A stretch of 63,690 nt of DNA, filler included, from Nitrospinota bacterium (GTDB lineage Bacteria > JADFOP01), in assembly GCA_022562795.1 (NCBI GenBank). It is 7 parts of 7 records of this genome, joined end to end, with 100 filler letters (N's around TTAATTAATTAA, not from the genome) between each part and the next. Parts side by side here need not be neighbours in the genome. Positions count along the whole stretch, not along the records: positions 30,667 to 40,181 come from JADFOP010000059.1; positions 40,282 to 49,689 come from JADFOP010000060.1; 5 more parts are not named here. The stretch is one strand, 5' to 3'. The notes under the pieces were generated by a model, which worked only from the letters and a program-made list of their open reading frames with translations, did no database searches and had not been told where the DNA came from. The position numbers and the translations under genes are program-made. The number at the start of each line of letters is the position of its first letter. The first letter of the stretch is position 1. Positions 34,923 through 44,233 of this stretch are shown here, piece by piece.

Positions 34923-34961
34923 AAAAGAAACCGGGGCGGGCCGCGGAGGCGGCCCGCCCCG
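34923..34961 (-). terminator. Intrinsic terminator after rpoD (may be bidirectional)
   Basis: 13-bp GC stem CGGGGCGGGCCGC-GGAG-GCGGCCCGCCCCG followed by a U-rich tract on the minus strand. Confidence 0.8.
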
Positions 34962-34983
34962 TTAATGTATGTGATCGTGAAGC

Positions 34984-36732
34984 TTAAAATCCGTCGTTGA
35001 AGCTCTTGAGCTTTTTCGACCGGCTGGGATGTTTGAGCTTCCGGAGCGCTTTAGCCTCAATCTGTCGGATCCGCTCGCGCGTGACGGCGAAGTCCTGTCC
35101 AACCTCTTCGAGGGTATGCTCCGTATCGTCTCCGATGCCGAACCGCTTTCTAAGCACCCGCTCCTCGCGCGGCGTGAGGGTCTGCAGCACACGTATTGTC
35201 TGTTCCTTCAAGTTCACGCGGCTGACCGCCTCGCCGGGTGACATGATTTTCTTGTCCTCGATAAAGTCGCCCAGGAGGCTGTCTTCCTCCTCACCAATCG
35301 GTGTTTCCAGGCTGATGGGCTCCTTGGCAATCTTCAGCACCTTGCGGACCTTATCCACGGAGAGATCCATCCGCTCGGCGATCTCCTCGGGCACGGGCTC
35401 CCGCCCGTTCTCCTGGACCAGTTGGCGGCTCGTGCGAATGAGCTTGTTGATGGTCTCGATCATGTGGACCGGTATCCGGATGGTGCGGGCCTGGTCGGCG
35501 ATGGCACGCGTAATGGCTTGACGAATCCACCAGGTGGCGTATGTGGAAAACTTGTAGCCGCGCCTATATTCGAATTTGTCAACGGCCTTCATGAGGCCGA
35601 TGTTGCCTTCCTGGATGAGGTCTAGAAACTGGAGCCCCCGGTTGGTGTACTTCTTGGCAATGGAGACCACCAGCCGTAAGTTGGCCTCCGCCAGCTCCCG
35701 CTTTGCCTCCCTGTCTTTCCCCTTGCCGGCCCCGATGGCGCGGATCGTCAATTTGAGGTCGTCTTGCGAGACATGGGCTTCCATCTCAACCCGCCGAACC
35801 TTCCGGCGGCTGTTGCGGATCCTCCGGTCGGCCTCCTGTAAGGTGTCGTACGAGAGGCCAAGCTCTTTTTCGATCCGCTTACGCCTGTGGGCTCCGTCCA
35901 TCGAGCGCGTAGCGCGGCGGAGCTCTTCGTTTGTGAGACCAACACGGTCCAGGACTTCTTGGATTTCTTGCTCAGCCTGGACGAGCCGTCGGTGGAACCC
36001 CTCGATCTTGGCCACTATCTTCTCGACTTGGGTCACGTTGAGGCGGACCTCATGGAGCAGCTCCCCCGTCTTCTGTTGGCAGCGTTGCTCCTCAGCCTCC
36101 TGGGCCTCCAGAGCCCGGCCCCTTAAGCGCTTGCCCGCCCGGGCGGCTTTGAGCTTCTCCATTCGTGTATCCAACGATTTGAGGTGTGTTACGAGCTTGA
36201 GGACGCGGGTAGTTTCATCGCCATCGGCCTTTCGCTCTTCGCCGCTGGCGGTCTGGACTATCTCGCCTATCGAGAGCTGCTTGGCCCGCAGCTTGTCTCC
36301 CTGAGCGATGACCTCCTTGGCCGCGATGGGTGCCCGCAGGATGGCGTCGACGACATCGTTGTAGCCCTCTTCGATGCGTTTGGCAATTTCCACCTCGCCC
36401 GCGCGCGTCAGCAAAGGAATTGTTCCCATCTCCCGCAGGTACATCCGAACAGGGTCATCGGTCTTGCCAGGCTGGTCCCCCAGGTCGAGGCTTTCCTTGC
36501 CCGCCGGCCTGTCGCGTTCCTCGACCCGCAGCTTGCGCCGGCCTTCCTCGGTATCGGCGTCGATAACATCGATGTCATTCTCACTGAAAATCACCATGAT
36601 GTCATCAATTTGTTCGGGAGAGACAATGTCGCTAGGGAGCAGATCATTGACCTCATCGTAGGTCAAATAGCCCTTCTCCTTGCCGAGGGAGATGAGATCC
36701 TCCAGCCCCTTGAGTTTTTCCTTATTCGTCAT
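34984..36732 (-). CDS. rpoD: RNA polymerase primary sigma factor
   Basis: Region 1.1; [40 protein letters not shown] and [14 protein letters not shown]. Confidence 0.98.
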   Translation of the reverse strand: MTNKEKLKGLEDLISLGKEKGYLTYDEVNDLLPSDIVSPEQIDDIMVIFSENDIDVIDADTEEGRRKLRVEERDRPAGKESLDLGDQPGKTDDPVRMYLREMGTIPLLTRAGEVEIAKRIEEGYNDVVDAILRAPIAAKEVIAQGDKLRAKQLSIGEIVQTASGEERKADGDETTRVLKLVTHLKSLDTRMEKLKAARAGKRLRGRALEAQEAEEQRCQQKTGELLHEVRLNVTQVEKIVAKIEGFHRRLVQAEQEIQEVLDRVGLTNEELRRATRSMDGAHRRKRIEKELGLSYDTLQEADRRIRNSRRKVRRVEMEAHVSQDDLKLTIRAIGAGKGKDREAKRELAEANLRLVVSIAKKYTNRGLQFLDLIQEGNIGLMKAVDKFEYRRGYKFSTYATWWIRQAITRAIADQARTIRIPVHMIETINKLIRTSRQLVQENGREPVPEEIAERMDLSVDKVRKVLKIAKEPISLETPIGEEEDSLLGDFIEDKKIMSPGEAVSRVNLKEQTIRVLQTLTPREERVLRKRFGIGDDTEHTLEEVGQDFAVTRERIRQIEAKALRKLKHPSRSKKLKSFNDGF

Positions 36733-36824
36733 GGATTCCCCCCTACCTACTTGGCCTTCCTCCAGTTATACGAATTAAATATAGGCAATTTGCGAATTTA
36801 AGCAAACTTTATTGGCCAGCCGCA

Positions 36825-38603
36825 TTAAACCGGTAGACCCCGCTGAAGCTCCATTCGCCGAAGAGTGAGCTCGTGGACCATGGAGTCATTGCCCGCGACC
36901 TCGGCCTCTCTCAGCGCCCGCTCGAGCTCCCGGACCTGCCCGCGAAGCGCCCGCGATTCTATCGTCGCCATCGAGTCGCGCAGACCGACCCGGTAGTCCT
37001 CCAGCCCGTGGGGTGTCTCAGCGAGCTGGACCGCCCGGGCCGCCAGCTCGGCATCAGGCAGGTGGTCGACAATGCGCGCGAGGTCCACTTCTCCGACTTC
37101 GGAGACTTCGAAAAGGGCCCGGCAGATGGCCCGAAGCGACCCGTCCTTCAGGCTCTCTGGGGCGAGGTCGGCCGAAACGGCCTCCATCGCGGCCCGATCC
37201 TGAAGAAGGATGCGAAGCAGGAGCTCTTCTTCGGGCCAAGGGGTCTCTTGGACGACCGGCTCCGCTCCAGGCCCCTTGACAGGATGGCGCCTCGCCTCGG
37301 CCCGCTGTCGGCGAAATTCATCCCGAAGCGCCTCCTCGCGAACCCCGAGGGCGTCGGCCATGTGGCGGAAGGCCTCGTCCCGCTCCACGTGGTTTGGGAT
37401 GCGGCTCACAAGCGGCAGCAGCTCGCTGGCCACCCGTCCTTTGCGGGCCGGCGAATCGGCCTCGTCGTCCTTGAGGAGCTCGTCCAGGAAAAAATCGACG
37501 AGGGGCTTTGCCTGACGGTGGGCGACCTCAAAAGCCTCCATGCCGGACGAGCGGATGTAGCTGTCCGGGTCGTGGCCGTCCGGCAGGGCCAGGACCTCTA
37601 CCTGGAGTCCTTGGGCCAGCAGGAGGTCTGCTCCGCGACGGGCCGCGTTGAGCCCAGCCTGGTCGGCGTCGAAGACCAAGGTGACCCGCTTGGCATAGCG
37701 ACCGATGAGGCGGGCGTGCTGCTCGGTCAGGGCCGTCCCCAGGGTCGCCACGATATTTCCTAAACCCTCCTGGTGCGCGGTGATGACGTCCAGGTAGCCT
37801 TCCGTGACCAGCAGCTCGTCGCAATCCTGGGCCTCACGCCTGGCTTTATCCATCCCGTAGAGGAGCCGGCCCTTGTGGTATAGAGCCGTCTCCGGCGTGT
37901 TGATGTACTTCGCCTCCGTGGCGTCGGGGTCGAGCAGCCGCCCGCCGAAGCCGACGACTTCACCCCGGTGGTCCCTGATGGGAAAGATGAGCCGGGCGCG
38001 GAATCGGTCGTAGTGGCCCCCGCCACGCTCGCTTCGGATGACCAGGCCCACAGCCTCCAGATCGGCGGTCGAGACCCCGGAGGTCTGGGCCTTCTTCAGC
38101 AGAAAATCCCACCCGGCCGGGGCGTAGCCAAGCTCGAAGTCTTTAATGGCGGCGTCGGTGAGGCCCCGGTCGGCCAGGTAGCGCCGGGCGCCGTCGGCCT
38201 CGGGAGCCTCGAGGAGTTGGCGGTGGTAGAGGGTCGCCGCGCGGCTCGTCACTTTAAGGAGCCGCTCCCGCCGGCGGGCGTCGCTCGCCTCCTCAGGCGT
38301 CGTTGCGGGAACCTCAACGCCGGCCCGTTTGGCCAGATACCTTACCGCTTCAAGGAAACTCATCCCATCCATCTGCATAACGAAGGTGAAGACGTTGCCG
38401 CCGGCCCCGCACCCAAAACACCGAAAAATGTTCCGATCCGGAGAGACGTTGAACGAGGGGGTCTTCTCTGTATGGAAGGGACACAGGCCCTTGTAGCTTC
38501 GGCCGCTCTTTTTGAGAGGAATGTAGTCGCCGATGAAGCCGACCAGGTCGGTCCGGTCGCGAATCTCGTCGAGCACGGCGTCTGGGATAAGTCGAGCCCT
38601 CAC
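36825..38603 (-). CDS. dnaG: DNA primase
   Basis: CPFH.EKTPSF...CFGC zinc domain, YDRFR.R.IFPI, KYINTPET, EGYLD, FDAD.AG and DPD. Confidence 0.97.
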   Translation of the reverse strand: MRARLIPDAVLDEIRDRTDLVGFIGDYIPLKKSGRSYKGLCPFHTEKTPSFNVSPDRNIFRCFGCGAGGNVFTFVMQMDGMSFLEAVRYLAKRAGVEVPATTPEEASDARRRERLLKVTSRAATLYHRQLLEAPEADGARRYLADRGLTDAAIKDFELGYAPAGWDFLLKKAQTSGVSTADLEAVGLVIRSERGGGHYDRFRARLIFPIRDHRGEVVGFGGRLLDPDATEAKYINTPETALYHKGRLLYGMDKARREAQDCDELLVTEGYLDVITAHQEGLGNIVATLGTALTEQHARLIGRYAKRVTLVFDADQAGLNAARRGADLLLAQGLQVEVLALPDGHDPDSYIRSSGMEAFEVAHRQAKPLVDFFLDELLKDDEADSPARKGRVASELLPLVSRIPNHVERDEAFRHMADALGVREEALRDEFRRQRAEARRHPVKGPGAEPVVQETPWPEEELLLRILLQDRAAMEAVSADLAPESLKDGSLRAICRALFEVSEVGEVDLARIVDHLPDAELAARAVQLAETPHGLEDYRVGLRDSMATIESRALRGQVRELERALREAEVAGNDSMVHELTLRRMELQRGLPV

Positions 38604-38760
38604 GCAATAAGCTCCCCCACCATCGCCCCGGCCCTCACGTCTTGCAGGGAGACGGGACTATGGGACTTCTTGCTACGAGACCTTCGTTACGACGGAATGC
38701 CGCGGAAACAAACGGTGCTCGGTGTAGCTCCCCAACGGGGGCTCCTTCTGGCCAGGGGGC

Positions 38761-39213
38761 TCAACTGCTGGGCGCTAGCCGCTCCTTGACCAATCGGTTG
38801 ACCAGGCCCCCTTCGGCTCTCCCCTTAAGCTCGGCCATTAGGACCTTCATCACCCTGCCCGTGTCCTTCGGGGAGGTCGCCCCAACCTCAGCGATGACGT
38901 CGGCCACCCGAGCTGCGACCTCCTCGGCCGACATGGCTTCGGGCAGATATTCTTGTAAAATATCCAGCTCGCGCTGCTCTTTCGCTCTCAGGTCGTCCCG
39001 GCCTCCCTCCTCGTAGGCCTGGACGGACTCCTTACGCTGTTTGGCGGCGGCGCTCAACACGTCGAGGATGCCTGCCTCGTCCACATCCTCCCCCTTTTCC
39101 TTGCACTTGTTGAGAATCGCCGCCTTGACCAGCCGCAGCGTCGAGACGCGATCCCTATCGCCGGCCCGCAGCGCCGTTTTGTAGTCTTCTTCTATCCGTT
39201 CTTGCAAGGCCAT
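38761..39213 (-). CDS. GatB/YqeY domain protein
   Basis: KQRKES..AY..GGR.DL..KE..E..IL..YLP and GRVMK. Confidence 0.92.
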   Translation of the reverse strand: MALQERIEEDYKTALRAGDRDRVSTLRLVKAAILNKCKEKGEDVDEAGILDVLSAAAKQRKESVQAYEEGGRDDLRAKEQRELDILQEYLPEAMSAEEVAARVADVIAEVGATSPKDTGRVMKVLMAELKGRAEGGLVNRLVKERLAPSS

Positions 39214-39230
39214 GGTCTTTATCGCCTGCT

Positions 39231-39431
39231 TCACCATCTTCCGGACTTTCTGATAGCCTTAAGGAGCTTCTTGCGAGCCGCCAGCATCTTTCGCTTCCGG
39301 CGGACGCTCGGCTTTTCATAGTGCTTCCGCCGCCGGATCTCGGAATAAATCCCAGCCTTCTCACATTGCTTTTTAAATCGCTTAAGGGCTTGCTCGAAAG
39401 ACTCTCCGTGCCTGATGCGGACACCCGGCAT
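39231..39431 (-). CDS. rpsU: 30S ribosomal protein S21
   Basis: [12 protein letters not shown]...[12 protein letters not shown]. Confidence 0.96.
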   Translation of the reverse strand: MPGVRIRHGESFEQALKRFKKQCEKAGIYSEIRRRKHYEKPSVRRKRKMLAARKKLLKAIRKSGRW

Positions 39432-39660
39432 TCAAATTACACCCCCTTCTTTCCCTATCGGTGTTACGTACCCCTCCCCACGAAGGAGGCCCTTCACACA
39501 AGCGTGTCCGGAGGATGGGAACGTAAGTTCTTTAGAAACAACGCATAATGCAATATGGGTGGATGATCTGGCTCTAGAGTGACTATTTTATGTGATATTA
39601 CATCACCCCTTTGGTAAATATACGATTTCTAGAGAAAAATCGCAAGCAAATAGAATAACT

Positions 39661-39689
39661 AATATAGGTTTGCGCAGCTTTTTTGTCAA
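39661..39689 (-). promoter_or_regulatory. sigma70-like promoter for rpsU-yqeY-dnaG-rpoD
   Basis: Minus strand TTGACA-N17-TATATT. Confidence 0.65.
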
Positions 39690-39840
39690 CTATCGCCGCT
39701 TCGTTCCTCAAGGGCGCACATGGCGGGTGTACGGTCCTGGGTTGCCAGCCTACCAGGAGGGCTAGCCGATAGCCAACTCGCTTTTGACGTAACAAAGCTC
39801 GACCTTTAAATCCACTGATTACCAGGTGTATATCGCAACC

Positions 39841-39967
39841 TCAAAAAACGCTTGACAAATTCACCTGGGGGATGAATAATGTCTCAAGTTGCCACCCAAA
39901 CCGTATTTATTTGCCCTTTAGTGAGAGAGGCATTTTGCTTGTCCGTCAGAATATAATGTGTCGGGGT
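39841..39967 (+). promoter_or_regulatory. sigma70-like promoter plus conserved leader, copy 1
   Basis: TTGACA(39852)-N17-AATAAT followed by about 85 nt closely matching copy 2 (47138-47263). Confidence 0.7.
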
Positions 39968-40023
39968 TCCGCCAGAGGCGGAACTACACAGTATAGGCCA
40001 ATATAGTGTCCGTTCACTTGTTA

Positions 40024-40130
40024 TGTAGGGACAGGGCCGACCAAAGGTCGCTTGCGACTCCCTGTCCGTGGGTTAGACGGGCGGGTCGCTGCCCAAAAGG
40101 CCGGACACCCACGAGGGGTGTCCCTACACA
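40024..40130. repeat. REP/REPIN-like inverted pair
   Basis: 45-bp unit 40024-40068 is the exact reverse complement of 46944-46988; the second arm GGACACCCAC.AGGGG.GTCCCTACA matches 1273-1298. Confidence 0.75.
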
Positions 40131-40162
40131 GGATTAGGCCAAAAAAGGAGGAGGAAGAGAGG

Positions 40163-40181
40163 ATGAAGGGTATGATGGGAA
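40163..40181 (+). CDS. Start of a gene truncated by the contig end (likely beta-helix paralog)
   Basis: GGAGGAAGAGAGG-ATGA.GGGTATGA matches the RBS/start context of 49237. Confidence 0.45.
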
Positions 40182-40281
40182 NNNNNNNNNNNNNNNNNNN
40201 NNNNNNNNNNNNNNNNNNNNNNNNNTTAATTAATTAANNNNNNNNNNNNNNNNNNNNNNNNNNNNNNNNNNNNNNNNNNNN
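40182..40281. other. Artificial contig linker
   Basis: N-run with TTAATTAATTAA. Confidence 0.98.
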
Positions 40282-41030
40282 AAAATATAGGCATTCGTTA
40301 CATTAAACATTACCACAAAGGTGAAGGCAAATGGCCGTGTTCTGCGATATATCAATAGCGGCACAATCAATAAATCGAAGCCCAGCCCGCCATAGCTAAC
40401 TAAATAAGGGACCCATTCTAGCGTAAGATATTGGCCCACAAAGGGGTAGTGTGTACGAGCGGCGAGCCACGTTCTCATTGGCTCTCCGGCCAACCAGTCC
40501 GGGTTCAGCTTGGCGAGACCGCCGTAAAAGTAAGGAATTCCTATCTGGACACGCAGGAGCAATAGAGACCAAAGAGGAATGAATGGAGTTCGTAATTTTG
40601 GGTTTATTAAAGCATCCAGGGAAAAAAAGCGATTGCAGGGGATAAAAATAAAAAGTAAACCAAGAAGACAGACCAAATACATGTGATTTAAGAAAAATGT
40701 CTTATCAAGCAGGAATATGTAAGAAACACCTAAGAAGAACAGAGGAGTTACAATGCGGTAGAAAAGTCCTAATGCAATGAGGATAGAAAGAACACCCACG
40801 GCTGCGAACAAGTAATACAATCCATCGCCAGGCAATGGCTGCACCCACCCGAAACCATAATAAGTAAAGTGGACGACCGGGCGGATAAACATCGTGTCAA
40901 GATGGGGCCAATAATAAGTAAGCTCCAATGGGATAAGCAGCCCAAACGCGACCCGAACGACCACGATGGATGAAGCATCAACAGGCTCAAACAGTTTATG
41001 GGAAACCTTATTCAACAATTTTGAATACAT
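40282..41030 (-). CDS. HTTM-domain / vitamin K-dependent gamma-carboxylase-like protein, 3'-truncated
   Basis: HFTYYGFGWV.P, LGLFYR, LNHMYL, YFYGGLAKLNPDWLAGEP and GG..FDL. Confidence 0.85.
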
Positions 41031-41094
41031 AGACTAACTCAGCCTTTTAAGCGCCCGCTCCTACCTCTCCACCATACATATAATTTTACCGACC

Positions 41095-43002
41095 TCACCG
41101 GAAGGCCGCAAGGCCGCCGTCGCGGCCCGCCACGTAGCAGGTTGAGCCCGCCACCGTGGGGCCGCCAAGACACTCAGCCTCCAGGGGTGCGCCCCAGCGC
41201 TCGGCCCCGTCGTCGAGGCTGCGGGCGGTCATTAGGCCCTCGGCCCCTGCGACAAGCAAAAGCTCTCCGCTCAAGGCTGGCCCGCCCAGGTGCCGGCCCT
41301 TCGTGCGCACCCGCCATCGCTCCGCTCCGTCTTCGAGAGCGAGGGCGACGAGAGTCCCGTCGAAGGCCAGAACGTAAGCCGCGCCTTGTGCGAGCGCCGG
41401 GCCCGCGGCCACCCAAGCGGGAAGGCTCAACTGCCATCGCTCCCGTCCCGTGGCTAGCTCCAGGGCCGTGACCGTCCCGTCTGAGGAGCCGACGACTACG
41501 AGGCCGTCGGCCGACGCCGCCGCCCCGTCAATCCATCCGCCGGCCTGCCAGCGCCATCGCTCGCTCAAATCCTCTTGGTCCAGGGCGTAGAGGCAATGGT
41601 CGCGGGAGCCGACGACCACGAGGTCATCGACCAGCAGAGGTGATGAGGCCAAAGCTCCCCGGGCCGTAAAGGTCGCCGAGACGGCTCCTCCGGCCCTCTT
41701 GAGGCGCACCAGCCGCCCGTCCAGCAAGGGGACGAAGAGGGCCTCTTGGGCGGCGGCGGGCGTGGCCACGACGGGAGCGCCGACCTCCGCCTCCCACTCG
41801 ACAGAGCGGTCCATGAAATCAACGGCGTAGAGCCGGCCCCCGTAGCCCCCGACGTAGGCCTTCCCGTCGAGAACCGCAGCGGAAGCCGGGAGGCTTCCAC
41901 CCAGAGGAAGCCTCGCGACCTCGCGGCCCCAGGTCTCCTCCAGCAGCACGAGCTCTCCTGTTGTGGTCCCAACCAGCACGAGGCCGTGGCATACTACCGG
42001 AGGGGCCACCACAGGGGAGCCAAGCTCAGCCCGCCAAGCCAGCTGCAGGGGGAGCAAAAGGGCGGGCGCCACGCTCCCTGTCCGCCTCGGCCCGCCTCGG
42101 CCCTGGGGCCAGTCGTAGGCCACCACAGTCGCCTCCTGGGACGGGGTCGCCTCGCCTAAGGCGTCGGCCCCTGAGCGATGACCAGCTCGAAGGCGCGGGG
42201 CCTCAGCGAGGAGGCGCTCGATGCCTCGAAGCTCATCGGCCAGAGCCTCGGCCGAGGGCGTGCGGTGGGCCGGATCGCGCTCAAGGAGGCGGCGGAGGCA
42301 CGAGACGAGCTCCGGCGCGTGATCGGCCCTGGCATTTCCTAAGGGCTCAGGGTCGCTCGACATGATGCGGCTTGCAAGCTCCCACTGACTTTCGGCCCGA
42401 AAGGGGGGCGACCCTTCCAGCATCTCGTAGAAAACCACCCCGAGGCTCCAGAGATCTGAGAGGAAAGTCGCCTGGCCTTTGAGGTGCTCGGGCGCCATAT
42501 ATGGAATGGTCCCGGCCTGGGTGCGGGCCTCCTCGGTCGGCTGGAGAATGCGCGCCAGCCCGAAATCGGCCACCTTTATGTCGCCCTCGGCCGAAAGGAG
42601 CAGGTTATCGGGCTTCAGGTCGCGGTGAATGACCCCGCGCCCGTGGGCGTACTTGAGGGCTTCGGCCGCCTGCCCCATCCAGGCCACGGCCTGGGCCGGC
42701 TCCACGGGGCCTTCCTTGAGGTGGCGGCGGAGAGACCCGCCGGCAGCATACTCCATTATGAGAAAGAAGGTGTCGTCGTCCTCATCCGTATCGTAGACCA
42801 GACAGATATTGGGGTGAATCAGCTGCGCCTGCGTTCGGGCCTCGGCTGCCAGCCGCTCGGTCGTCACCGGGCTCTGGTCGAAGGGCACCTTGAGGGCCCT
42901 CGGAGCCTTTAAGACCGGATGCCAGGCCAGGAGCACCTCGGCGAAGGCGCCCTGGCCGAGGCGACCGCGAATCTCGTACTTGCCTAAGGCGGTTCGGGTC
43001 AT
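41095..43002 (-). CDS. Hanks-type Ser/Thr kinase with C-terminal PQQ-like (BamB-type) beta-propeller; no TM segment
   Basis: LGQGAFAEV, ALK, HPNI, HRDLKPDN, DFGLA, GTIPYMAPE and DLWSLG, followed by repeated W...G....SP / G.L.ALD..G.ERW blades. Confidence 0.92.
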   Translation of the reverse strand: MTRTALGKYEIRGRLGQGAFAEVLLAWHPVLKAPRALKVPFDQSPVTTERLAAEARTQAQLIHPNICLVYDTDEDDDTFFLIMEYAAGGSLRRHLKEGPVEPAQAVAWMGQAAEALKYAHGRGVIHRDLKPDNLLLSAEGDIKVADFGLARILQPTEEARTQAGTIPYMAPEHLKGQATFLSDLWSLGVVFYEMLEGSPPFRAESQWELASRIMSSDPEPLGNARADHAPELVSCLRRLLERDPAHRTPSAEALADELRGIERLLAEAPRLRAGHRSGADALGEATPSQEATVVAYDWPQGRGGPRRTGSVAPALLLPLQLAWRAELGSPVVAPPVVCHGLVLVGTTTGELVLLEETWGREVARLPLGGSLPASAAVLDGKAYVGGYGGRLYAVDFMDRSVEWEAEVGAPVVATPAAAQEALFVPLLDGRLVRLKRAGGAVSATFTARGALASSPLLVDDLVVVGSRDHCLYALDQEDLSERWRWQAGGWIDGAAASADGLVVVGSSDGTVTALELATGRERWQLSLPAWVAAGPALAQGAAYVLAFDGTLVALALEDGAERWRVRTKGRHLGGPALSGELLLVAGAEGLMTARSLDDGAERWGAPLEAECLGGPTVAGSTCYVAGRDGGLAAFR

Positions 43003-43029
43003 GGGGTATCCGTAGGCGTAGAGAGGTGT

Positions 43030-43617
43030 TCAGGAGGTCGGCTCTCCCTCTGGAGGGGCTTCTTCATCCTCCTCGACCTCGGCTGCATCTCTCGGCAGCG
43101 CAGCCAGAGGCCAAGCCTCCGGCTCTCGGCTCAGGAGACGCTGGAGCCAGGCGGCCGCCTCACTCCCCTCCGGCGGAGGTTTCCGACCGAGGGCTTCCTC
43201 AGCGGCCCGCCTGAGCCGCTCGGCGAGACCCGTTTCGGCCAGGATCGACAGCCGCCCTCGGAGGGAAGCGGGCAGCTCCGCCCCCTCGGCCGGAGGGTCC
43301 CATTCGGCCTCGAAGGCCCTCACGGCCTCGATGAACTCGCGGCAGGCCGGGCACCGCTCGATATGCCGGGCCAGAGCCTTTCTTGGAGCCTCCTCGCCCT
43401 CCCCCGCCAGGTGCTCTGAGATGGCCTCCGCAGGAGGGCAGCTCGCCCCGCTGGCCGTCCAGAGCTCAACCAGCAGCTCTCTGGTCTCGCCAAGCTCATC
43501 GAGGCCTCGGCGACACTCTTCGCAGCCCGCCAGATGCGCCTCGACCCTCCTTCCGGCCTCGGCATCGAGCGCTCCCTCAATGTAGGCGACAAGGTCGAGA
43601 GTTTCACAGGACGGCAT
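43030..43617 (-). CDS. Soluble anti-sigma-like protein with two zf-HC2 (ZAS) motifs
   Basis: C...HLAGCEEC and C...HIERCPAC; no hydrophobic segment; 4 bp downstream of the ECF sigma gene. Confidence 0.82.
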   Translation of the reverse strand: MPSCETLDLVAYIEGALDAEAGRRVEAHLAGCEECRRGLDELGETRELLVELWTASGASCPPAEAISEHLAGEGEEAPRKALARHIERCPACREFIEAVRAFEAEWDPPAEGAELPASLRGRLSILAETGLAERLRRAAEEALGRKPPPEGSEAAAWLQRLLSREPEAWPLAALPRDAAEVEEDEEAPPEGEPTS

Positions 43618-43621
43618 CGTG

Positions 43622-44230
43622 CTATCCTCCCAAGCGAGGCTCCAGGAGACCGGCCTTGAGCGCCGCCCGGCGGAAGTGCTCGAGGCAGCGCTTAATTTGA
43701 ACCGAAATGGTGTTCAAGGGCCTCCCGAGCCGCTCGGCTATCTCCCGGTAGCTCTCCAGCAGCCCCAGCTTGTACTCCATGTAGGCCTGGATGACCCCCT
43801 TGCAATAGCCCGGCAGACCCTCCAGCAAGGGGCTCCAGCGGGCGAGGTCCCGCCCAGCCAGCACCTTGGACTCAACGGTGGGCCCGCGGTCGGGCCGGCC
43901 GGCCACGGGGTCGACCTCGGGCCTCTCCTCCGCCCCCGGCGGCCGCCCCCGGTGGCGAAGGCGCACCTCGGCGGCCCTGTGGTGGTCGTGAACCCGGTTG
44001 ATGGTCGCGCGCTTGACGAAACTTCGGAACGCATCTGCCGAGCGCACCATCGCGAGACCTTTCTCCATTAGCTGAAGCAGGACGGCCTGGGCGACATCCT
44101 CAGCCGACCCGCCGAGGCCCCATTGAGGCCATCGGGCAACGGAAACCACGTAGCCGTAGAGGTAGCCCCACGCCTCCTCATCCCCCTGGCAGCATCGAAG
44201 GAAGAGCTCCCGGTCGGAGACCTGGTCCAC
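43622..44230 (-). CDS. ECF-family sigma factor
   Basis: GDEEAW..LY, SAEDVAQ, F..FV.R...NR..D (sigma2); SYREIAERLGRPLNTISVQI.R (sigma4). Confidence 0.88.
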   Translation of the reverse strand: MDQVSDRELFLRCCQGDEEAWGYLYGYVVSVARWPQWGLGGSAEDVAQAVLLQLMEKGLAMVRSADAFRSFVKRATINRVHDHHRAAEVRLRHRGRPPGAEERPEVDPVAGRPDRGPTVESKVLAGRDLARWSPLLEGLPGYCKGVIQAYMEYKLGLLESYREIAERLGRPLNTISVQIKRCLEHFRRAALKAGLLEPRLGG

Positions 44231-44233
44231 CGC

